NCBI GenBank assembly: GCA_934660865.1
Contig: CAKUIA010000007.1
Span: forward strand, 30,001-62,000
Length of the DNA stretch: 32,000 nt
Source: an uncultured Opitutales bacterium
Lineage (GTDB): Bacteria; Verrucomicrobiota; Verrucomicrobiia; Opitutales; Intestinicryptomonadaceae
Direction of reading: 5' to 3'
Below the pieces are notes generated by a model. That model was not told the origin of the DNA. It was given only the letters and a program-made list of their open reading frames with translations, and made no database searches. A program made the position numbers and the translations under genes. Shown in pieces: positions 7,148-16,763 of the stretch. Every line of letters begins with the position of its first letter. Positions within the stretch are counted from its first letter, which is position 1.

Positions 7148-8599
7148 TTATTCTTCCGTTGCAGCTTCGTTAAAGAAGGTGCCCGTTGCATGAGCAAGCC
7201 TTGCAACAGCCAATGCAAGAGAAGCCTTTGCGCTTACATGCTGCTGGCGCGCCGTAGCCAAATACGACTGCGCCGAAAGCAAATCGGTAAGGCTGCTAAC
7301 GCCGTTTTCGTAGGCGGTTTTTGTCGCGTTATACGACTCTTTGCTTGCGTTTACCGCAGCCGACGAGCTTTCGACCTGTTTTACGGCGCTTTTATAGGCG
7401 TAATAGTTTTCCCATACCGACGAAATAACCGCGAGCATTTGTGCCTTAAGCGTTTGCGCCTGCGCCCTTTCGGCGGCCTTTTTGCCGACAATCTTGTATT
7501 GGCGGTTAAAGCCGTCAAAGATATTCCAGCTTAGGGCAAAGCCTCCCGCATAGTTGTAGTTGGGGGCGTTTGTGTAGGGCGAATCGGTGTAGTCTGTCCA
7601 TGTGCCGGAGCCTACAAAGCTTATTTTTGGCAGGTAGTCGAGCTTTTCGGCTTTTGTTTCGGCTTGGGCGGCCCTTAGCGACGCGTAGGCCGCCAAAATA
7701 TTTTCGCGCCTTTTTAGCGCCTGCGCCATAAGGGTTTCAACCCTTTCTTTCGCCTGCGTGCTGGCGGGAATGTTTACGTTGTCCGACACTTTCAGATTTT
7801 CGGAAATTTCCACGCCCAAAACCTGGACGAGCTTTGCGTTGCAGCTTTCAACTTGGGCTATGTTTTGCTCTAAAACAAACTGGGCGTTTTTTGAATTTGC
7901 CAAAGCCCTAAGCATATCCTGCTTGGTGCCCACCCCCTCTTTGAATTTTGCGCGGGCCGCGTCGTAGGCTGTTTTGGCGTCGTTTAAACTTGCGCGGGCG
8001 GCCTTTACCGAGCCCTTAGCGCTATACAATGCAAAATACGCCTCGTTTACATTAAGCACCAAATCCTGCACCGACTGGTTGTAGTCGAAATTGGCAGCCC
8101 TTAACGACTCTTTTGCCGCAAGGCTTGTGGCCTCGCGCTTGCCGAAATCGTACAGCAGCCAATTAAGCTCCAATGTAGGCCCGTAGCCCGTCTGCCAATA
8201 CGAGCCTATGGGAGGATACGAAGCCGACGCGCTTTTAAGTTTTGCCCTCGAAACGTTTGCGCCTATGTCTAGCGTGGGCAAATACGCCGAGTTTGCCTGT
8301 CCCTTTTGTGCTGCATACTGCTTTGCCCTAAACCAATAAATTCTCGTCGAAGTATTGTTTTCGAGGGCAATGTCGATTAAATCGGGCAAATCAAGGACCG
8401 CCTTCTTTGCTCGGGTATCCTTTGCTTGGTCCAAAATCTTGTCGTCTAAAATCTGGCTCGGCGCAATGTAGTTTTCGGGCAGCGCCGCTTTGGGAGCTTT
8501 CCAATACACCGTGGGCGCTTTTGCCGTGTCGCTTTCGTTTGAAGCGCACGCGCACAACAGCGCAAGCGGAATAATTGCCAACAAATTTTTAGCTTTCAT
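7148..8599 (-). CDS. RND efflux outer-membrane factor, TolC/NodT-family lipoprotein
   Basis: I prefer the ATG at 8599 (MKAKNLLAIIPLALLCAC, lipobox-like LCAC) with AAGGAT upstream. The track start at 8629 would overlap the pump gene. The protein has two TolC-like repeat halves and the C-terminal LTDLLSAQSYLATARQQ...LARLAHATG. It is the last gene of the adaptor-pump-OMF operon. Confidence 0.85.
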   Translation of the reverse strand: MKAKNLLAIIPLALLCACASNESDTAKAPTVYWKAPKAALPENYIAPSQILDDKILDQAKDTRAKKAVLDLPDLIDIALENNTSTRIYWFRAKQYAAQKGQANSAYLPTLDIGANVSRAKLKSASASYPPIGSYWQTGYGPTLELNWLLYDFGKREATSLAAKESLRAANFDYNQSVQDLVLNVNEAYFALYSAKGSVKAARASLNDAKTAYDAARAKFKEGVGTKQDMLRALANSKNAQFVLEQNIAQVESCNAKLVQVLGVEISENLKVSDNVNIPASTQAKERVETLMAQALKRRENILAAYASLRAAQAETKAEKLDYLPKISFVGSGTWTDYTDSPYTNAPNYNYAGGFALSWNIFDGFNRQYKIVGKKAAERAQAQTLKAQMLAVISSVWENYYAYKSAVKQVESSSAAVNASKESYNATKTAYENGVSSLTDLLSAQSYLATARQQHVSAKASLALAVARLAHATGTFFNEAATEE

Positions 8600-8609
8600 A
8601 TAAAATCCT

Positions 8610-11600
8610 TTAAAGCTTGCCCCTTTCAAAGAAGGGAATTTTGTCTAAAACTTTTGTCTGGAATTTGTCCATCCATATGTAAACGACCGGCGTTACATAT
8701 AGCGTTACCAACTGCGAGAACACAAGGCCGCCTACTACAACAACGCCGAGCGGAATGCGGCTTTCGGCGTCGGCCTTGCCCCACCCAAGCGCAATGGGCA
8801 GCATACCCATCAGGGCGGCAAAGGTTGTCATCATAATGGGCCTAAACCTGTCCAAACAGGCCTGGTGCACGGCTTCGGCGGGGCTTTTGCCCAGGCGCTC
8901 CTGCGCAATGGCAAAGTCTACAACCATAATGCCGTTTTTCTTTACAATGCCCATAAGCATAAACAGGCCTATTGCCGAGTATATGGAAATTTCCATACCG
9001 CAAGCCCACAGCGAGAAAAGCCCGCCTACAAGAGCAATGGGCAAAGCAATTAGCACGGTAATCGGGTGCACATAGCTTTCGTACAATATGCCCAAAATTA
9101 TGTACATTACAAAAACCGCAACAACAATAAGGTACATTAAGCTTGTCATCGTTTCCCTAAACGACACGGCCTCGCCCTGAAAACCGCATGTCATATTTTC
9201 GGGTATTACCGTGGGGGCGATTTGGTTTATCCAGGTTTCCACTTCGCTGATGGCAACGCCGTCTTTTAGGTCGAAATAAATGGTAACCGACGGCATATTG
9301 TTTATGTGGTTTATGGTTACCGGCTTAAGCTCCACCTTTGTGGAGGAAATGCTCTTAAACGGAATCAGGTTGGGCAATTTGAACGCCTCGTTTTTAGACG
9401 AATATTCCCCCGAAATCGTCGAAACGGGCAAGCCGCCCGTAATTGTCGAATCGGCGCCGAACATAAGCTGGTCTAGGTTGCTTTCGAAGGCGCTGTCGGC
9501 GTCGTTGGCCTCCATAATGGACCAATATTGCTGGAAGGGCGACTTAATCAGGTAGAAGAACGACTTTGAGTATGCGCTTCTAAAGACGTTCGAATACGAG
9601 TTTACCGTAGAACCCAACATCGACAGCTTTTCCTTAAACGGCATAAGCGTAATTTGGGGGCTGTCCAAATACATGTCGCTGTTTATGTTCGAAAAATAGG
9701 TTCCGTATTTTGTAGACATAACGCCCATCATCTTGGCGGCCGCCTTGTAGAGGGCTTCCTGGTCCATGGAAGAAATGGCGTAGGCGTATTTGCCGTTTTG
9801 GTTGGAAACTGCACCCGTAGAAATAGACAGCGTAGGCTGCGGCGAGAATGCCGATATTACCCCCGGCAAAGAAGATATGCTGCCGTTGATTTCGGCGGCA
9901 ACCTGCGATATCGGTTTGCGCCGGTCTTTATCCTCTAAAATAATAAAGCCAAAGCCCATATTTTGGCTGATAAACGACGAAACGCCCGAAACCATTATGA
10001 AATTTTTAACCGCCTTGTTGCGCTTTAAGATTTCGGAAATTTCGTTTTGCACAAGCCCTATTTCCTTCGGCGAAGTTTTTGTGTTCGCAATAAACACGCC
10101 CTGCATAAAGCCGCTGTCGCCGGTTGGGAAGAGTATCATTGGCAGCTTCGAGAAGAAATACAAACTGCCCCACAAACACGCAGCAATGCACAAGGCCGTG
10201 ATTATGTGCCGCCTTAGCCACCACGACAAACTGGGCGAATACAACGCCAAAATAAAGTGTTCCAGCCTATACGAAATCCTTTCGACAAAGGTTTTGTCGG
10301 AAAGGTCTTTGCCGTGCTTTTGAAGTATTCTAGAGCACATCATAGGCGTTAAGGTTAAGCTTACAACGCCGCTCATAATGGTTGCGGTAATAATCGTAAC
10401 CGAAAATTCCTTGAACACCCTGCCCGTAATGCCGCTCATAAACACAAGGGGTATAAACACCGCGGCAAGCGAAAGTGTCATACTTAAAATGGTAAACGAA
10501 ATTTCCGAAGCCGAGGCAAATGTCGCCTGCCTCGGGCTTTCGCCGTAGTCTTCCATTCGGCGCACGGTGTTTTCCAAAAACACGATTGCGTCGTCTACCA
10601 AAAAGCCTATGGCCATTGTAATGCCCATTAGCGACAAATTGTTTATCGAAAAGCCGAACGCCCACATAAATATGAATGTCAGCACTATCGAAAACGGCAT
10701 TGCAACGGTGGGAACCAATGTATCCCTAAACCTGCCCAAAAACAGATATATAACAAAAACAACAAGCAAAAACGCTATGAACAAAGTTTCCTCTACGTCT
10801 TCGATATTGTCTATAATAAGCTTGGAACCGTCGTAAAAATTGTACAGCTCAATCGAGCTTGGCAGCTCCTTTTTAAGCTGTTTCATAAGCTTTTGAATGC
10901 CCGCAACGGTTGTTATTGCATTGCCGTCGGCGCGCTTTCTTACGCCCATTGCAACGCTGGCATATTCCGCGCCTGGGTTAAGCTCTCTGTTCCAGAACGA
11001 CAAATTAAGCGTGTTAAACTGTATTTCGTTTACGGCCTTTGCAATTTCCGAAAGGAAAATGGGAGCCCCGTTTTTGTAGCCTACAACCAAATTTTCGTAG
11101 TCTTTTGCGGTAGACAACTGGGTGTTCGGGAATAGCACAAACTGCGAAGACGGCCCGTTTAGATTGCCGACACCCGTCATGTTTGTAGAGCGCGAAAGCA
11201 CGTTTTGCAAATCGCTTGTGTTGTAGCCTAAGTTTGCAAGCTTGTCTACGTCTACCTCTATTCGCACCGAGCGCGGCGCGCCGTATACGTCAACCTTCGA
11301 GACGCCTTCAACCATGCTTATGCGCTGCGAAACCTCCGAAAACGCATAGTCGTACAAGTCGCCCGAAGTGTAGTTTTTGCTCATTACGGCAATAACGTAA
11401 ATAGGCTCGTCGTTGGGGTTGTCTTTCGAAAACGAGGGAGGCGAAGGCAGGTCGCTGGGCAGGTTGCCCATTGCGCGCTGAATTGCGCTTTGAACGTCGG
11501 TGGCCGCAGCGTCTATGCTTTTGTTCATCGAAAACTGCAAAACAACCTGCGTTGCGCCGAAGCTGTTTCGGCTGGTAACAAGCTCTATGCCCGGTATTTG

Positions 11601-11837
11601 CATAAACTGCTGTTCCAGGGGCGATGCCACGTTTGCGCCCATAATAGTCGGGTCGGCCCCTGGGTACGAAACCGTTACCTGAATTACGGGGTAGTCTACT
11701 CCGGGCAGGTCGTTTACGGGCATGCTTTTATACGTAAATATACCGAAAACCAAAGCCGCCAACGACAGCAACACCGTCATTACAGGCCTGTTTATGAACA
11801 AAGACGAAATGGACTGTTTGTTATTTTCCTCGGACAT
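8610..11837 (-). CDS. RND multidrug efflux permease (AcrB/MexB-type, HAE1-like)
   Basis: The 1075-aa protein has N-terminal FINRPVMTVLL, a TM4 GFLVDDAIVFLENTVR motif, and the two large periplasmic loops plus 12 TM segments typical of AcrB-family pumps. Confidence 0.95.
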   Translation of the reverse strand: MSEENNKQSISSLFINRPVMTVLLSLAALVFGIFTYKSMPVNDLPGVDYPVIQVTVSYPGADPTIMGANVASPLEQQFMQIPGIELVTSRNSFGATQVVLQFSMNKSIDAAATDVQSAIQRAMGNLPSDLPSPPSFSKDNPNDEPIYVIAVMSKNYTSGDLYDYAFSEVSQRISMVEGVSKVDVYGAPRSVRIEVDVDKLANLGYNTSDLQNVLSRSTNMTGVGNLNGPSSQFVLFPNTQLSTAKDYENLVVGYKNGAPIFLSEIAKAVNEIQFNTLNLSFWNRELNPGAEYASVAMGVRKRADGNAITTVAGIQKLMKQLKKELPSSIELYNFYDGSKLIIDNIEDVEETLFIAFLLVVFVIYLFLGRFRDTLVPTVAMPFSIVLTFIFMWAFGFSINNLSLMGITMAIGFLVDDAIVFLENTVRRMEDYGESPRQATFASASEISFTILSMTLSLAAVFIPLVFMSGITGRVFKEFSVTIITATIMSGVVSLTLTPMMCSRILQKHGKDLSDKTFVERISYRLEHFILALYSPSLSWWLRRHIITALCIAACLWGSLYFFSKLPMILFPTGDSGFMQGVFIANTKTSPKEIGLVQNEISEILKRNKAVKNFIMVSGVSSFISQNMGFGFIILEDKDRRKPISQVAAEINGSISSLPGVISAFSPQPTLSISTGAVSNQNGKYAYAISSMDQEALYKAAAKMMGVMSTKYGTYFSNINSDMYLDSPQITLMPFKEKLSMLGSTVNSYSNVFRSAYSKSFFYLIKSPFQQYWSIMEANDADSAFESNLDQLMFGADSTITGGLPVSTISGEYSSKNEAFKLPNLIPFKSISSTKVELKPVTINHINNMPSVTIYFDLKDGVAISEVETWINQIAPTVIPENMTCGFQGEAVSFRETMTSLMYLIVVAVFVMYIILGILYESYVHPITVLIALPIALVGGLFSLWACGMEISIYSAIGLFMLMGIVKKNGIMVVDFAIAQERLGKSPAEAVHQACLDRFRPIMMTTFAALMGMLPIALGWGKADAESRIPLGVVVVGGLVFSQLVTLYVTPVVYIWMDKFQTKVLDKIPFFERGKL

Positions 11838-11858
11838 TTTATTTTGCCTAAGTTATAA

Positions 11859-13139
11859 TTATTTACCCTGTTCTTGTTGGGTGTTTTGCGCCTGTTTTGC
11901 CGAAGCAATAAATTTTTCTACTACAGAGGCAGTTTTCATAATAAAAGCGCCGGCCTCTTGCGGGTTTTCTATAATTTTGCCGTCGGCCCCATAGGGCGCG
12001 CCGACTGCATTTGTTCTATAAACCAAAGGCGACATCTGAAGCCTTAAGTTGCTTACTCTTGTTGCAACCAACTTCGCGTCTTTAAGGCCTTCTACAAGCC
12101 AAAGAGTGTTGTTTTCGTAGTGCTGGCCCGTTTTTACTGTTGTTTGCTGCATTTTAAACACGCCGTTTTCGACGGGCTGTGCAACGTAAACGTACGGCCC
12201 CAAAGGCCCCGTTTGAACGCAAATTTCGGGAACAAGGGTTGCCCCTTTTATTTTGTTTGTAAACAGTTTTGCCTTTATGGGCTGGTCGGGCCAAAAGAGC
12301 AGGTCGTTATTGTCCAACTCGCCGCGCAAAACGGCGCTGCCTGTTTCGTATCTTATTTGGTTTAGAACAATGCGAACCTGACACATTCTCTTTTTGTGCT
12401 GCATTGTGTCTTCTATATACGATATTTCGGTTTCAAGCTTGCCGCCGTTCTTTGCCATGCACTGCATAATGTCGTTAAGGTTTTGGCTGGGAACGACAAA
12501 GTCTACATACATTTTTCTGATGTTCTTGACGGTTGTAAGCACGGTTTGGTTTTGTGTAACAATGTTGCCTACGTCTACGTTAAAGAACCCCGCAAAGCCG
12601 TCTACGGGCGACTTTATAAAACACCACTGGTAGTTTAGTTTGGCGTTTTCCAACGCGGCTTGGGCCGCCATAAGCTGGGCTTTGTCTACCGCAACTTTTG
12701 CAACCAAGCTGTCGAAAGTCTGCTTGTCTACATAGCCGCCGTTTACAAGCTTGGCGTTTCTTTCCATGTCGAGGGTGTCTATTTTAAGCTGCGACTTTGC
12801 CTTTTCCAAATCGGCTTTGGCCGAATCCATCAAAGCCTTGTAGCTGCGCGAATCTATTTCGAAAAGAACATCGCCTTTTTTTACCTCGGCGCCCTGCTTA
12901 AAGTTCACCTTCATTACCTGCCCCGTAACCTGGGGAACAATGTTTACGCTTTCGTACGCGCAGGTTGTGCCCAAAGTGGAAATATATTCGCTGACGTCTT
13001 TTACAACCACCTGCGAAAGTTCTGCGGGCGTTGCCGGCACGGGAGCTTTTTGCTCGACCTTTTCGGAGCACGCAAACGCAAGCGCACAGGCTACAGTTAA
13101 TAGGGAAAATGTCTTTAAGGTTTTCATTTTAATATACAA
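11859..13139 (-). CDS. RND efflux periplasmic adaptor (membrane fusion protein, HlyD/AcrA family)
   Basis: It has a signal/lipoprotein-like N-terminus (LLTVACALAFAC) and a lipoyl-type motif KKGDVLFEIDSRSY. It also has a coiled-coil hairpin (ADLEKAKSQLK...ENAKLNYQ) and FIKSPVDGFAG. The start could also be the ATG at 13127. Confidence 0.85.
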   Translation of the reverse strand: MYIKMKTLKTFSLLTVACALAFACSEKVEQKAPVPATPAELSQVVVKDVSEYISTLGTTCAYESVNIVPQVTGQVMKVNFKQGAEVKKGDVLFEIDSRSYKALMDSAKADLEKAKSQLKIDTLDMERNAKLVNGGYVDKQTFDSLVAKVAVDKAQLMAAQAALENAKLNYQWCFIKSPVDGFAGFFNVDVGNIVTQNQTVLTTVKNIRKMYVDFVVPSQNLNDIMQCMAKNGGKLETEISYIEDTMQHKKRMCQVRIVLNQIRYETGSAVLRGELDNNDLLFWPDQPIKAKLFTNKIKGATLVPEICVQTGPLGPYVYVAQPVENGVFKMQQTTVKTGQHYENNTLWLVEGLKDAKLVATRVSNLRLQMSPLVYRTNAVGAPYGADGKIIENPQEAGAFIMKTASVVEKFIASAKQAQNTQQEQGK

Positions 13140-13183
13140 TAAATACTTATCGGTAGTCTAAATTTTTAATATAGAAAGACAAA

Positions 13184-13215
13184 GCCCCATTTTTATCTGA
13201 ATATAAAAACGGGGC
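13184..13215 (-). terminator. hairpin terminator downstream of the 565-aa gene
   Basis: GCCCCATTTTTAT and ATAAAAACGGGGC form a 13-bp stem with one mismatch. On the - strand it is followed by a U-rich tract (TTTGTCTTTCT). The + strand carries a T7 run, so the design is bidirectional. Confidence 0.5.
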
Positions 13216-13231
13216 GTTTTTTTAAGTCTTA

Positions 13232-14929
13232 TTATTTTTCGTTTGAAGCCGGACTTTCGTCTTTTTGCTCTGCCGCGCTGTCTGCAGCAGGTTTCTCCTG
13301 CAAAGAAGCCGACTGCGACGGCAAAGGCTCGTCTTTTTCGCCAAGCTGCTGGGCGGCTTCGTCGGCGTTTTCGGCTTTGTTTTTGGGCTTGGGCAAATAC
13401 GGGTTTGCCTGCAAAGACGAGTCGGAATATTCAACGACATAGCCTTCGGATACCAGCCAGTGCAATTCCGAAGCTATTTGCGCAAGCTTTGCCGCATTTT
13501 CGCCGGAAACTTTGTTTTCGGTCTTGTCGGAATCGGCCAAAACGGCCTCGGCGGGTTGTTCGGGCGCCTGTTGCATTTGAGCTTTTTCGGCGTCGGTGTT
13601 TTCGGCGCTGTTGCAAGCCGCACATTGCGCGTTTTCGGCTTCTTTGCTTTCAACCTGCGCTTGTAGCGACTGCTCTTTTGTTTCGGCCGCCTTAAACTCT
13701 ATGCCCAAGAATTTATAGGGCATTTCCTCGGCCTTAATTCCGGGGTTGGCCAAAATAAATTCGAATACGCTTTGGGGCAAATCCGAAAGCTTGTCGCCCT
13801 CGAAAAGGAACTTGCGGCGCACCGCCGAAACAAACGCAAAGCCCTTGTTGCCGCGCTTGTAGATTGCAAAGTTCGACCTGCGCAACCTGCCCCTTAAATT
13901 GTTTGCCGTATTAAGCGAGAACTTAAGCTGCATTTCCCTCTGGTTTACGATATTGTCGCGTATTCTGCCGGCGGGTATTTTCGATACATTTACGCCGCTG
14001 ATTCTAACGTGGTCGTACGCAAAAACAAGGGTGTCGGTATATTTTTGCGAAACGTAGGCCGCAGCCTTTTCGAACGTGTCGAATGTTTCGCCCGTTTCCT
14101 TAAGTTTGTAGACGGTTGCGGTCTTCATATTGTCTACCCACTTTTGGATTTCCTCGGGATCGTTGCTCGATGTAATTCTTGCCAAATACTTTTCGTACGG
14201 GATATTGGGGAACCTTTCCCTGTGGAATTCCTTTACATAGTCCGCATACTTGTGCCAGTTGGGCGCGCCCAAAAGCTCGCCGCTATAGCCGCATTTGTGA
14301 ACAACCAAAAAGTTGCCTTTGGGGGCTTCAACTTCTACCTGTACTTTGTCGAACAGCTCGGCAACCTTTTCCTTTACGGCATAGGCCTTTGCGCTCTGCT
14401 CGTCGTCGAAGGGAATGTTAAAGGGTTGCGCGCAGTAAACGGGGGCTACATTGCCGTCGGCATCGGGCAGATTTTTCGCCACAACAACATAGCGCTCGGG
14501 CTTTTCCAAAATTATTTTCGCTATTTCGAAAAGCTGGTATGTGCGCTTTAGGCGGCGCAACAGGTCGCTAAGCGTCGAAAAAGGTTCGTCTTCGGGATAG
14601 AAGTTTACTTCCATCGTAAAGTTGAAGGGCTTTTTAAAGTTGCCGCGCTTTTGGAACTTTTTGCCTTTAAATGGCGCTTTAAACTCCCTCTTTTCGCCGT
14701 CTGCGCCGTCGGCAAACTTGCGGGGTGCGTCTTTGTCGAACTTTTTAAAGGGTTTGGAACTCTTAAAAGGCTTTCTTTTGCCCTTAAAATCCCTCTTAGC
14801 GAAAGGTTTGTCCGACAAATAGTCTTTTTTAGATGAGCCGGAATCGGCCGGAGTCCACGCCGTGGAAAACTCAATGTTCTTGAGTTGGCTTAAATCCACG
14901 TCTTGTTTGTTCAAGTTTTCGTCTGCCAT
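13232..14929 (-). CDS. hypothetical protein (565 aa) with basic K/F-rich N-terminal repeats, a globular core and acidic Q/E/A-rich tail
   Basis: It is a single long ORF with its own AT-rich upstream region and a downstream hairpin. Residues ~40-105 contain repeated KPF/KKF/FKxK units, residues ~105-400 look globular, and the C-terminal third is low-complexity acidic apart from an LHWLVSEGYVVEY island. No family recognised. Confidence 0.6.
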   Translation of the reverse strand: MADENLNKQDVDLSQLKNIEFSTAWTPADSGSSKKDYLSDKPFAKRDFKGKRKPFKSSKPFKKFDKDAPRKFADGADGEKREFKAPFKGKKFQKRGNFKKPFNFTMEVNFYPEDEPFSTLSDLLRRLKRTYQLFEIAKIILEKPERYVVVAKNLPDADGNVAPVYCAQPFNIPFDDEQSAKAYAVKEKVAELFDKVQVEVEAPKGNFLVVHKCGYSGELLGAPNWHKYADYVKEFHRERFPNIPYEKYLARITSSNDPEEIQKWVDNMKTATVYKLKETGETFDTFEKAAAYVSQKYTDTLVFAYDHVRISGVNVSKIPAGRIRDNIVNQREMQLKFSLNTANNLRGRLRRSNFAIYKRGNKGFAFVSAVRRKFLFEGDKLSDLPQSVFEFILANPGIKAEEMPYKFLGIEFKAAETKEQSLQAQVESKEAENAQCAACNSAENTDAEKAQMQQAPEQPAEAVLADSDKTENKVSGENAAKLAQIASELHWLVSEGYVVEYSDSSLQANPYLPKPKNKAENADEAAQQLGEKDEPLPSQSASLQEKPAADSAAEQKDESPASNEK

Positions 14930-14994
14930 TATATCTGTTTACTATTGTTTTAAAATACTAAGTTGTTCAATCCAATATCATTTCTTTAAATACT

Positions 14995-16752
14995 TCAATC
15001 AGATTTTTTAATTTTTAAAGGTCTTTTGCAAAAGAACAGCGAGCTTTGGTGGTTTTTTGCCGCCAGTTTAACGCCGTCGCCTTTAAGATTAAGGTCGTCC
15101 AAGTCTCTGTTGCGCGAAACAATCCACAGCGCCTCGCCCGATTCTACAAGCTTTTTAAAGTCGTTTTCGGTTAAAAAGCGCTTTGCGTTTTCGCCCGCCT
15201 TTAGGTTGTAGCCGAACAGCTGTTCGTCGGGCGGGGTATTTACCAAATACACATACCTTTTTGTATATACGGGCATATCCTGAAACTCGTTGTAGTTGCG
15301 GTACAACACTATCTTTGCGCCAGAATAGTTTTTGTCGGACAATATGCACTTTGCAAAATCTGCCGACGACGGCCTTTGCAGATGTGCCGCAACGGGGTTA
15401 AAGCACAGCGTGAATATGCCCGCCCCCGCAAACGCAGTATAAAGGGCCGCCTTTATATTGTTTTTAAGGAGAAACGCAGTACCCGCAATGGTGGGAACAA
15501 GCACTGCAAGCGACGCCGCCGAAAATACATACCACGAAATTTCGGGCATATACATTCTGCCCTTTGCGTTTACTACATGGCAAACAACGGGCAATGCTAT
15601 TGCGGCCAAAAACCCCAGGGCTACAACCGCCCAAAGCGAAGCCTTTGGCCTTTTAACCGAGCCGCGCAAAACTTTGTCGAAAAACACGCCCACAATAACC
15701 GCAAGCGCGGGATATATGGAAATTATGTAGGGAATTAGCTTCGACTTTGAAACCGAAAAGAACAGCAAAACAAACGCGACATAAACGAGCAAAAACAAAG
15801 TTTTTTTGTTGTTCTTTACAAAGTTTGCAATTCCGCCTTTAAATTCGTAGAAAAGGCTTTGTATAAACGCGGGCAGCCACGGCAAAAGCCCAACCGGGGC
15901 AAATACAAAGAAAAACCAAAACGGCTGGTAGCGCATGCTTGTAGACGAATCCAAATAGCGCAGGAAGTGCTCGTGCATAATGTAGTACCACAAAAAGCCC
16001 TGCCCTATCGGGTCTTTCGAGAAAAAGCTTGCGCCCTCTTTTGCGGGGGTTGCAATGGCGGCCAATATGTGCCAGGGCAAGACTATGGCCAAAAACAAAA
16101 CAACGCCTAAAAACAGCGCCAAAAATTCGCCCTTGGTAATATTTTTTACAAACTTTACGGGATTGCAAAAAAGCAAAAACAAAAATACCACCGCACACGG
16201 GATAAGCACGCCTATAAGCCCCTTTGTAAGCACCGCCAAGGCCGAGAAAACAAAAAACGCCAATATGTAAAGCGGCTTAAATTTGTCCTTAAAATAGAAG
16301 AGCATAAACGAAAACAAAGCTCCCGCAATGAATACCGAAACGGTAGTATCGAGCACAATAACCTGCCCCAGGGCGTAATACAGATTGCATGTAGCCAAAA
16401 CAAGCCCCGCAAAAATACCCGCCCTGCGGTTATACAGCAGCGATGTAGCCAAATACGTTAAAAGCACGCCAAAAATTGCAACGGCCGAATTTGCAAACCT
16501 CCACGCAAATATGTTCGAGCCGAACGTTTTTATGCTTGCCGCCTGCAGCCAATAAAACAGCGGGGGTTTGTAAAAATACGGCATTCCGTTCAAAGTAGGG
16601 GTTATATAGTCGCCGCTGGCAACCATTTCGGTCGGTATTTCCACATAGCGCCCCTCGTCGGGGTTTGCCAAAGGTCTAAAACGCGCGAGCGCAAAAAAGG
16701 TTATCGCGCAAAAAAGCGTCAAAAAAACCAAGTCTAATATTTTTGTTTTCAT
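14995..16752 (-). CDS. GT-C fold glycosyltransferase, ArnT/PMT-like (GT39/GT83 family)
   Basis: I prefer the ATG at 16752 (MKTKILDLVFL...). The track start at 16890 would overlap hemL by 127 nt. The first loop NPDEGRYVEIPTEMV..GDYITPTLNGMPYFYKPPLFYW is typical of ArnT/PMT enzymes. The protein has about 12 TM segments and a ~110-aa soluble C-terminus. Confidence 0.75.
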   Translation of the reverse strand: MKTKILDLVFLTLFCAITFFALARFRPLANPDEGRYVEIPTEMVASGDYITPTLNGMPYFYKPPLFYWLQAASIKTFGSNIFAWRFANSAVAIFGVLLTYLATSLLYNRRAGIFAGLVLATCNLYYALGQVIVLDTTVSVFIAGALFSFMLFYFKDKFKPLYILAFFVFSALAVLTKGLIGVLIPCAVVFLFLLFCNPVKFVKNITKGEFLALFLGVVLFLAIVLPWHILAAIATPAKEGASFFSKDPIGQGFLWYYIMHEHFLRYLDSSTSMRYQPFWFFFVFAPVGLLPWLPAFIQSLFYEFKGGIANFVKNNKKTLFLLVYVAFVLLFFSVSKSKLIPYIISIYPALAVIVGVFFDKVLRGSVKRPKASLWAVVALGFLAAIALPVVCHVVNAKGRMYMPEISWYVFSAASLAVLVPTIAGTAFLLKNNIKAALYTAFAGAGIFTLCFNPVAAHLQRPSSADFAKCILSDKNYSGAKIVLYRNYNEFQDMPVYTKRYVYLVNTPPDEQLFGYNLKAGENAKRFLTENDFKKLVESGEALWIVSRNRDLDDLNLKGDGVKLAAKNHQSSLFFCKRPLKIKKSD

Positions 16753-16763
16753 TTTAAATGATT

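Noticed and set aside
13184-13222. The hairpin plus T7 run on the + strand, considered as evidence for an unannotated + strand gene or sRNA ending here.
   Set aside because: There is no + strand ORF or promoter-like element upstream; the region is the 5' end of the - strand adaptor gene. The hairpin works equally well as the terminator of the - strand 565-aa gene.
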